A DNA stretch of 26,279 bases from an uncultured bacterium (lineage in GTDB: Bacteria; SAR324; NAC60-12). The stretch covers positions 1 through 26,279 of the forward strand of contig CBFIJD010000039.1 of assembly GCA_965662845.1 (NCBI GenBank), in the 5' to 3' direction. Below the pieces are notes generated by a model. It was not told where the DNA came from. It worked only from the letters and a program-made list of their open reading frames with translations, and did no database searches. Position numbers and translations under genes: made by a program. Below are positions 19,292 through 26,279 of this stretch, in pieces. The stretch's first letter is position 1; every line of letters starts with the position of its first letter.

Positions 19292-19810
19292 ATGGTTCCC
19301 ATCGTTGGTGAGACCTCTCTCGGTTTCCAAATCTTTCGTGTCTTTCATCTTTACCGACGAGAGCTTGTGCGGGTGCTCTACCAGTTTGATCTCACCCCGG
19401 AGCAGTGGGGCATCTTACGAACCTTGGAATGCGGCAACCGCGCGATGTCGCAAAATGAGATTGCTGAGGTCAACTGCTTAGACAAGCACTCCGTCTCGCG
19501 GATGCTCAAGCGGCTGGAAGAACGCCAGCTCATCACCCGCAACGTCTGCACTCACGATCGGAGGGCCTTCCGTGTGTCGCACACCCAAGCCGCAGACAAG
19601 CTGCTAGAGCTGACCTCTGTCGCCCTCCACAAACACATGGAAAAAACCGTCTACTGTGAATTCACCACCGAAGAAGAAGCCGCCACGTTGCAGCTTCTGA
19701 AGAAGCTACGCCGCCTCATGGAAGCCAGCGCGCTGCAGCATGAAGCTGCGGGACTACACGCTCACACCACGATCGACCGCGAGTCGTTTGAAGGGCGCTC
19801 CCTGTTTTGA
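19292..19810 (+). CDS. MarR-family transcriptional regulator
   Basis: DLTPEQWGIL, SQNEIAE, DKHSVSRMLKRLEERQLITR and DRR wing motif. Confidence 0.88.
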   Translation: MVPIVGETSLGFQIFRVFHLYRRELVRVLYQFDLTPEQWGILRTLECGNRAMSQNEIAEVNCLDKHSVSRMLKRLEERQLITRNVCTHDRRAFRVSHTQAADKLLELTSVALHKHMEKTVYCEFTTEEEAATLQLLKKLRRLMEASALQHEAAGLHAHTTIDRESFEGRSLF

Positions 19811-19888
19811 TGGTTCGCTAGGCCTCTCTCCGAGAGCCTCTGTTCGCAAATCTGTCGCAAAGCTCATAGCTCTCAAAAAAGGACAAAA

Positions 19889-22408
19889 ATGCAAAATTGG
19901 AAGAAAACCGTTGATCATTCGATGGAGCGTTGGGGCTATCAAGTCGTGCGCTTCCGCTGGCTGATCATTGCGCTCTCGCTGGTCGTGATTGGAGGCTTCG
20001 CCTCCCAGATGCGCCACCTCTACTTCGACGCCTCTAACGAAGCCTTCTTCAACAGCGATGACCCTGTTCTTGTGAACTATAATGCCTTCCGAGATCAGTT
20101 TGGACGCGATGACTTGATCTTGGTGGGCATCGACACGCCGGAAGTCTTCGACGCTGCGTTTTTGACAAAACTTCAGGCGATGCAAGACGACTTGGAGCGC
20201 GAAGTGCCCCACATTCGCGAGGTCAACAGCCTCCTCACGGTGCGCTCCACGCGCGGAGCAGAAGACGAGCTGATCGTTGGCGATTTGATTGAAGAGATCC
20301 CGCAAGACGCCGCCCAAATGGCTGCGCTCAAGGAATATGTGCTCAACAGCCCCACCTACCCCAACTGGGTGATCTCGCCAGACGGCACGCTCACTACGAT
20401 CACCCTAGAGCTGAACCCCTATGTCTTGCCCGAGACGCAGGGAGATGACCTGCTAGGAGGGTTTGACGACGCAGCCGCAGCAGATGAGTTGATAGGAGGA
20501 TTTGACGACGCAGCCGCTCCGGCGGAAGCCGCTCCTATGCAGGCCGTCTCTTCGGTCGAAGAGAACGAAGCGATTTTAGCGACCAGAGCGGTGATGGAGC
20601 GCTATGAAAGTGAGGGCTTCCGCACCTTCATCTCAGGGGGTCCTGTGTACGGCTCATCGATTCAAGCGTCGATGCAGGCGAACTTGCCTAAGTTTTCTGG
20701 CATCTCGATGGGCATCATGGTTGTGCTGCTGCTGGTCCTCTTCCGCAGAGTGTCAGGGGTGCTGCTGCCGATGATGCTGGTCGTGCTCAGCATGTTTGTC
20801 ACGCTCGGCTTCATGGGCGCCTTCGGGCGTCCTTTTACGGTCATCAACCAGATTCTGCCCTCGTTCATTTTGGCGGTAGGCGTCGCTGACGCGGTCCACC
20901 TGCTGACGCTGTTCTACCGCTACCGAGTAGCTGGACAGTCTAAGGCGGAGGCGATCGCTCACGCGCTGGGGCACTCTGGCTTGGCGATTGTGATGACCAG
21001 CTTCACGACCGCCGGAGGGTTGTGGTCGTTTGCCAACGCGGCGTCTGCTCCGATCGCCGACTTAGGCATCTATGGTGGCCTAGGCGTTCTGGCGGCGATG
21101 GTGCTCTCGCTCACGCTGTTGCCTGCGGTCTTAGCGATCTTGCCAGGGAACCAGCAGCCGCTGTTCGGACGCAAGACCAAAGAGTTGGAAGCCCACGCGC
21201 CCTCTGTGGCTGACCGCTTCTTGGCAAGCTGCGGGCAAATCGCGATTCAGCGCCCCAAGCAGGTCATGCTTGTTTGTGGTGGCCTCATCGCCGTGATGTT
21301 GCTGGGAGCCGCACAGCTGCGCCCTTCCAACTGGCCGCTGCACTGGTTCCCAGAAGACGCTGAGTTCCGCCAGCACACCGAAGTCATCGATACACGCATG
21401 GGCGGCTCCTCCAACATTGAGGTGTTGCTAGACACCGGGGTGGCTGGTGGGTTGTATGAGCCCGACTTCATGAACCGTTTAGAGCAGTTGAACACGGTCG
21501 CGACCGAAGAACTGCGCTTCCCGAATGGCGAAGTGGTCGGCAAAGCGCAGTCCGTGCTCGATGTGCTCAAAGAGTCCAATCGGGCTCTCAACGAGAACCG
21601 AGAAGAGTTTTACGCGGTCCCTCAATCGCGTGACCTGATCGCTCAAGAGATGTTCCTGTTCTCTAACAGCGGCTCAGACGATTTGGAAAAACTCACCGAT
21701 GTGAGCTTCAGCAAAGCACGGCTCAGCCTCTACATCCCCAACCTGGATGGCGTGGACTCCATCGTCTTCACCGATCAGCTAGAAGCCCAAATTCAAAGCA
21801 TCTTTGGCAACACAGTAGACTACTCGATCACAGGCATCGCGCAGCTGTGGGCAGGCACCATGACAAACGTCCTCAACAGCATGCGCGACAGCTACATCAT
21901 CGCGCTGGTGCTGATCACGGTACTGATGATCGTGTTTCTGGGGAACTGGAAAATCGGGCTCCTGAGCATGATCCCCAACCTGACGCCGATTCTGATTACC
22001 CTTGGCCTGATGGGCTACTTAGACCTGCCGTTGGATCCCTTCACGATCTTGATTGGGAGCATCGGCATCGGCTTGGTCGTCGATGACACAGTCCACTTCC
22101 TCAGCGTGTTCCAGCGCTACTACGATCGCTACAGTGACGCTCCTCGCGCCATCCAAGAGACGTTGGCTACGACGGGCCGCGCCCTGCTCTTCACCACGCT
22201 GATTCTGGTCAGCGGCTTCGCCTCCTACACTGTCGCCGACTTTGTGAACATCTTCGCCTTCGGCATGCTGCTCGTTGTCTGTATCGGCACCGCGCTGCTC
22301 TTGGACGTGCTCGTCGCGCCTGCGCTGATGATGCTCGTTTATGGGCACCCCAAACCGGAGACCGTGAAGGCCTACGAAAATGAGCGAGAACTCGCGAGTT
22401 TGAACTAA
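19889..22408 (+). CDS. MMPL/RND-superfamily inner-membrane (lipid) transporter
   Basis: Two repeats of 1 TM + periplasmic domain + 5 TM. TM4 AVGVADAVH, TM10 GLVVDDTVHF, and G.AI.MTS.TT / TGRALLFTT motifs. Confidence 0.9.
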   Translation: MQNWKKTVDHSMERWGYQVVRFRWLIIALSLVVIGGFASQMRHLYFDASNEAFFNSDDPVLVNYNAFRDQFGRDDLILVGIDTPEVFDAAFLTKLQAMQDDLEREVPHIREVNSLLTVRSTRGAEDELIVGDLIEEIPQDAAQMAALKEYVLNSPTYPNWVISPDGTLTTITLELNPYVLPETQGDDLLGGFDDAAAADELIGGFDDAAAPAEAAPMQAVSSVEENEAILATRAVMERYESEGFRTFISGGPVYGSSIQASMQANLPKFSGISMGIMVVLLLVLFRRVSGVLLPMMLVVLSMFVTLGFMGAFGRPFTVINQILPSFILAVGVADAVHLLTLFYRYRVAGQSKAEAIAHALGHSGLAIVMTSFTTAGGLWSFANAASAPIADLGIYGGLGVLAAMVLSLTLLPAVLAILPGNQQPLFGRKTKELEAHAPSVADRFLASCGQIAIQRPKQVMLVCGGLIAVMLLGAAQLRPSNWPLHWFPEDAEFRQHTEVIDTRMGGSSNIEVLLDTGVAGGLYEPDFMNRLEQLNTVATEELRFPNGEVVGKAQSVLDVLKESNRALNENREEFYAVPQSRDLIAQEMFLFSNSGSDDLEKLTDVSFSKARLSLYIPNLDGVDSIVFTDQLEAQIQSIFGNTVDYSITGIAQLWAGTMTNVLNSMRDSYIIALVLITVLMIVFLGNWKIGLLSMIPNLTPILITLGLMGYLDLPLDPFTILIGSIGIGLVVDDTVHFLSVFQRYYDRYSDAPRAIQETLATTGRALLFTTLILVSGFASYTVADFVNIFAFGMLLVVCIGTALLLDVLVAPALMMLVYGHPKPETVKAYENERELASLN
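20444..20517 (+). repeat. 39-bp-period tandem duplication encoding DDLLGGFDDAAA / DELIGGFDDAAA in the first periplasmic domain of the MMPL protein
   Basis: gatgacctgctaggagggtttgacgacgcagccgc (20444) and gatgagttgataggaggatttgacgacgcagccgc (20483). Confidence 0.9.
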
Positions 22409-22459
22409 GCGCCTCCGCGCTTCTTCCACCTCAACCCAATCACAAAAGAGAAAGAGACC

Positions 22460-23257
22460 ATGAAAAAGTGGATTGCAGCTGTCTTGAGTTCCTTGCTGCT
22501 GTGGGGTGCTTCTAGCGCGTTCGCCCTCACCGCCGATGAGATTATGCAACGCGTTAACGATCGCGACGATGGCGACAACATCGTCATGAACATGCAGATG
22601 ATCCTCATCAACAAAAACAACGAACAGCGCGTGCGCCGCATGCAGCAATATCGCAAAGACAAAGGAGAAGACACCCAGAGCGTCATCTTCTTCGAGGAGC
22701 CGGCTGACGTCAAAGACACCGGCTTTCTGACCTATGACTACGACGACGAGAGCATGGACGACGACCAATGGATGTATCTCCCCGCGCTGCGCAAAACCAA
22801 ACGCATCGCCTCTAGCGATAAGAGCGGCTCGTTCATGGGCTCAGACTTCAACTACTCCGACCTCACCTCCTACAACCTCAGCGATTACAACTACAAACTG
22901 CTGAAAGAGAGCGCCCCCGTCGATGGCGCAGACGCGTGGGTCATCTTCTCTGAGCCCAAAAGCGAAGACGTGATGGAAGAGACCGGCTACTCCAAGAGCG
23001 TGATCTGGGTTCGCAAGGACAACTACGTGGTCGTCCGCGCAAAAAACTGGGTCCACAAGAGCCCTGACATAAAGTTCTTCGAGTTCAAGAACCTCAGAGA
23101 GATCGACGGCGTCTGGTTCGCGACAGAGATCCAAGCGCAGCGCCGCTTTGGTCGCGAGACCGTGCACCAAACCGTGCTCAAGCAAGAGAACATCCGCTTG
23201 AACCAGCCACTAGACGAGGCGCTCTTTTCGCAGCGTCGCTTGGAGCAAGGGCTGTGA
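22460..23257 (+). CDS. Periplasmic LolA-like 'outer membrane lipoprotein-sorting' protein
   Basis: Sec signal ending AFA. F.EPADVKDTGFL, DDQWMYLPALRKTKRI and SFMGSDF.Y.D are signatures of the LolA-like (TP0789-like) family. Confidence 0.87.
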   Translation: MKKWIAAVLSSLLLWGASSAFALTADEIMQRVNDRDDGDNIVMNMQMILINKNNEQRVRRMQQYRKDKGEDTQSVIFFEEPADVKDTGFLTYDYDDESMDDDQWMYLPALRKTKRIASSDKSGSFMGSDFNYSDLTSYNLSDYNYKLLKESAPVDGADAWVIFSEPKSEDVMEETGYSKSVIWVRKDNYVVVRAKNWVHKSPDIKFFEFKNLREIDGVWFATEIQAQRRFGRETVHQTVLKQENIRLNQPLDEALFSQRRLEQGL

Positions 23258-24759
23258 AGCTCCCGCAACAGACTGTCTGCTGGCTGGCGGCTCTCTGGCT
23301 CAGCACGGCGTCTGTCGCCGCGCAAGAAGAATCCTTGGATGACCTGCTCGGAGGATTTGACGAACCACCCACCCAAGCAGAGCCTGTGGATGACCTGCTC
23401 GGCGGCTTTGACGATGAGGCCAGTGACGACCTGACCGAAGGGTTTGACGACGAGCTTAACTTTGCGCCCGAGCCAATCGACGACTTGCTGGGAGGGTTTG
23501 ACGCCCCCACCGATCCCGTGGCCGCAGAAGACCCCTCGCCGCTTCTTCCCACAGGGCTGGCAGGCTCGGCGGGCATGAACCTCTCCTACGCTTATGCGCA
23601 AAAAGCCCCGCGCCAAGACGCACCCGACTACCGAGGACTGCGCAAGCTGCGCCTGTTTCTGCAGCTCGAATATGAGTACGAGTTCTCACGCCGGACGAGC
23701 TTCTTCATCGACGGCAAAGCCTCGCAAGACCTGGCCTATCAGTTTGTGGATCGCGACGATTACTCCGACGCTTACCTGAAGTCTTACGAACAAGAAGCGG
23801 AGCTGCGTGAGACCTTCTTCGCTACGTCCTTCGGCTCAGATGTGGACTTCAAGTTTGGGAGGCAGATTAAAGTGTGGGGCAAAGCAGACTTGCTCAGCGC
23901 AGTGGACGTGCTGAACCCTACGGACAACCGCGAGCCCGGCTTGATTGACATTGACGACAGCCGCTTGCCTGTGACGATGACCCAACTCGACTACTACACG
24001 GGCGACTGGAACCTCAACCTCGTTGTGATTCACGAGATCCGCTTTGGCAAAGAGCCAGAATTTGGCAGCGAGTTTTACTTCACAGAGACCAAGCTTCCCC
24101 CCGAAGAAATCCCCACAGACACCGAATACGGCGTCGCTCTCAACGGGTACTTCTCTGGCTGGGATCTCTCAGTGTATGGCGCGAGCGTTTACAACGACGC
24201 TGGCCGCGCTGCCGGCACGTTCAACCCTGATCAGAATCAGTTCCCTGACAGAGTTGTGCACGATCGCTTGCAGGTAATTGGCGCCGCGTTCAGCGCGGTG
24301 GAAGGGAGCTGGATTCTGCGGGGAGAGCTGGCGGATGTGCAAGGGCTGAGATTTCTAGGTTTTGACCAGAGCTTCTCTCGGCAAGATCATGTGCTCGGCG
24401 TTGAATTCTCTGGAATTCCAGAGGGCTCCTTGAGCGTCGAGGTCGCGTGGGAGTGGCTGCGCGATTATGCCCCTGGCTTGCGCAAAGAACCCAACAGCCA
24501 AAAGCGCGACACGGTGACGACGGCGATTCGGTTCCAGCAAGATTTTTTGAACCAAACGCTCTCGCTCAACGCGATTGCCTTCCAGTTTGGTGCGCTCGGC
24601 GATTCGGGTTCGTCACAACGCCTTGGCCTAGACTATGACTGGGCAGACGGCCTCAACGTCGCCGGCGGAGTGCTCCTTTACCAAACGGGCGACTCCGACT
24701 ACGCGAAGCGCATCGCGGACAATGATCGTCTGTATGCTGACGTGAAATATTCTTTCTGA
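23254..24759 (+). CDS. DUF1302-like outer-membrane beta-barrel protein with N-terminal acidic repeat tether
   Basis: Signal peptide ending VAA. ELRE, GRQIKVWGKAD...DVLNP.D, alternating beta-strand pattern, and C-terminal YADVKYSF BAM-type signal. The GTG start overlaps the upstream TGA. Confidence 0.8.
   Translation: MKLPQQTVCWLAALWLSTASVAAQEESLDDLLGGFDEPPTQAEPVDDLLGGFDDEASDDLTEGFDDELNFAPEPIDDLLGGFDAPTDPVAAEDPSPLLPTGLAGSAGMNLSYAYAQKAPRQDAPDYRGLRKLRLFLQLEYEYEFSRRTSFFIDGKASQDLAYQFVDRDDYSDAYLKSYEQEAELRETFFATSFGSDVDFKFGRQIKVWGKADLLSAVDVLNPTDNREPGLIDIDDSRLPVTMTQLDYYTGDWNLNLVVIHEIRFGKEPEFGSEFYFTETKLPPEEIPTDTEYGVALNGYFSGWDLSVYGASVYNDAGRAAGTFNPDQNQFPDRVVHDRLQVIGAAFSAVEGSWILRGELADVQGLRFLGFDQSFSRQDHVLGVEFSGIPEGSLSVEVAWEWLRDYAPGLRKEPNSQKRDTVTTAIRFQQDFLNQTLSLNAIAFQFGALGDSGSSQRLGLDYDWADGLNVAGGVLLYQTGDSDYAKRIADNDRLYADVKYSF
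23338..23502 (+). repeat. Four DDLLGGFD-type peptide repeats at the N-terminus of the outer-membrane protein
   Basis: DDLLGGFD at 23338, 23389 and 23479, and DDLTEGFD at 23425, separated by Pro/Glu/Ala-rich spacers. Confidence 0.9.
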
Positions 24760-24836
24760 ACCGAGAGCCCCCCTTCCCTACCTCTGCGCTGGACAGCACT
24801 CCTACCAAGGCGAAACTCGGCTCCCGGCGCTAGACC

Positions 24837-25388
24837 TCACAAATCCAAGTAGCTCGCGCTGCCCGAAGCGAGATCATAGACCATCGCCCCTCCACTCGAC
24901 ACGCTGCGTCCTGTGATGGCAGAGACCACGACCTGATGGGTGACCATCAAGTAGGGGCCTTGGTCTGGGGGCAACTCGCCCAATTTTTGCCGCAGCCGTC
25001 GCAGCGTCTCCGTGCGGTCAGCGTACCCCTGAAAGAAAGAGTTGAGCCCCGAAAACTCTTGTACCGGCCCAACCTCCATCAAGCGCGCCGTCTCTGAGCA
25101 GCGACACCACTGACTGGAGAAGACCGCCACAAAGCGAACTCCCGCGTCCCGGAAACGTTGGCCCAAATTGCGAGACTGTTGGCGTCCCACCGCATCTAAG
25201 TTGCGCTGCGTAGAGCAGTCCCCAATCCGAAAATTGCTCGGATCCCCAAAACCAGGGGCGAGCGCGTGACGCAGCAGCACCACTTTCCCTTGCGGCTGTG
25301 CAGCCAGCTCTTCTAATGTCGCGGCCTGAGCAGCAGCCCCCATCCAGAAGCAAAGCAGGAAGACCCCCCAAAATCGTTGACGTGGCAT
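24837..25388 (-). CDS. Secreted/periplasmic histidine phosphatase (phosphoglycerate mutase-like) family protein
   Basis: Signal peptide ending AQA. LLRHALAPG, C.TQRNL, SSQWCRC.ETA and VTHQ. Confidence 0.87.
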   Translation of the reverse strand: MPRQRFWGVFLLCFWMGAAAQAATLEELAAQPQGKVVLLRHALAPGFGDPSNFRIGDCSTQRNLDAVGRQQSRNLGQRFRDAGVRFVAVFSSQWCRCSETARLMEVGPVQEFSGLNSFFQGYADRTETLRRLRQKLGELPPDQGPYLMVTHQVVVSAITGRSVSSGGAMVYDLASGSASYLDL

Positions 25389-25465
25389 AGCTTTCTCTTT
25401 GAAAGTGGTTGAACTCTCTCGTCACGCTGTTGTCGTGACGCAATCTTTTCATCGAAGGAGTATTC

Positions 25466-25816
25466 ATGACCGAAATCACCGATCATCGTCCTTGGGGACA
25501 TTACACTGTGCTGGCTGATGAGGCCAATCACAAGGTCAAGCGTATCGTCGTATTGCCCGGCAAGCGACTGAGTTTGCAGCGCCACCAACACCGCGCAGAG
25601 CACTGGTTTGTTGTGAAAGGAGAAGCCAAGGTGACGCTCGACGAGCAACAGGTGCCGTGTGGGGCAGGGCGAGCCATCGACATTCCGCTCGGAACCAAGC
25701 ACCGCATAGAAAATGTCGGCGCCGAAGAGTTGGTCTTCATCGAAGTGCAGACGGGGACATATTTTGGCGAGGATGACATCGAGCGCTTTGAGGATGACTT
25801 CGGGCGTGTAGACTAA
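25466..25816 (+). CDS. Stand-alone cupin, mannose-6-phosphate isomerase type II C-terminal domain
   Basis: RPWG.Y, VKRIVV.PG.RLSLQRH.HRAEHW, HRIEN and IEVQTG.YFGEDDIERFEDDFGR. AAGGAG RBS. Confidence 0.88.
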   Translation: MTEITDHRPWGHYTVLADEANHKVKRIVVLPGKRLSLQRHQHRAEHWFVVKGEAKVTLDEQQVPCGAGRAIDIPLGTKHRIENVGAEELVFIEVQTGTYFGEDDIERFEDDFGRVD

Positions 25817-26076
25817 GCTCCGCTGGGATCGCTCAGCCGTCACAGAGCCGTCGCAGAGGCGAGAGGCAGCCACCGAGCGGCGCGCTCAAGCGAGTGAGGA
25901 GGATCTGAGGAAATGGGATGGCGTGGGCACGAACTCTTCTATCAAAAATGTGAATAGGAAAAGTGCTTACAGGGCTTTATACTCTGTCGTAGACAGAGAG
26001 CAATCGCCAGCAGCGTCATGGCATTCAAAAACCGGATCCTCAGACAATGTGACAAATTCCAACTAGATTAAACATC

Positions 26077-26279
26077 ATGTACAAATTCTTTAACACCGCT
26101 GGGCCTTGTTTTCCGGAAGATCATTATATGGTCCCAACTTCAGAGAGGCTGTTTCAAACGAAAGAGCTGATTGAACAGAGAAAATACTTCATTCTGCACG
26201 CACCAAAACAAACTGGAAAAACCACGCAGGTGATTTCACTGATGCACGAATTGAACGCAGAGGGAAAATACATTTCTTT
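26077..26279 (+). CDS. AAA-like P-loop ATPase (partial; runs off the right edge)
   Basis: Translated by hand (not in the ORF track): MYKFFNTAGPCFPEDHYMVP...YFILHAPKQTGKTTQ..., an FNTAGP...HYM N-terminus with a Walker A variant. Confidence 0.8.
   Translation, partial: MYKFFNTAGPCFPEDHYMVPTSERLFQTKELIEQRKYFILHAPKQTGKTTQVISLMHELNAEGKYIS

Noticed and set aside
22019..22768. 249-aa minus-strand ORF across the MMPL/LolA-like junction
   Set aside because: Antisense shadow of two well-supported genes; Val-rich and without motifs.
23338..23502. CRISPR-like or mobile DNA repeats
   Set aside because: The copies are in-frame, vary at synonymous positions, have irregular spacing and have no cas genes nearby. 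They are peptide repeats.

Overview
A GC-rich chromosomal segment from a diderm bacterium. The deltaproteobacteria-like flavour is an impression only. It is mostly housekeeping genes: ruvB, murA, proC-purA, amtB, argG and trxB. Less ordinary modules: (1) a MarR-MMPL/RND-LolA-like-DUF1302-like outer-membrane barrel operon in which the inner-membrane transporter and the outer-membrane barrel carry multiple copies of the same acidic peptide, DDLLGGFD; (2) a NUDIX gene translationally coupled to a long RelA/SpoT homolog that lacks the HD catalytic motif and the ACT domain, followed by a DHH phosphoesterase; (3) a double-domain (PgsA-like + PssA-like) CDP-alcohol phosphotransferase next to a class I amidotransferase; (4) a stand-alone ArsR-ArsC fusion with an operator-like palindrome and a possible internal start; (5) an Asp-type (predicted fosfomycin-insensitive) MurA, a membrane-anchored cold-shock protein, and a glnK-less amtB with a sigma54/NtrC-type promoter. 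Two edge genes missing from the ORF track were read by hand: an alpha/beta hydrolase (left) and an AAA-type ATPase in AT-richer DNA (right). No rRNA, tRNA, CRISPR array or transposase was recognised. All family calls come from visual motif recognition, not database searches.
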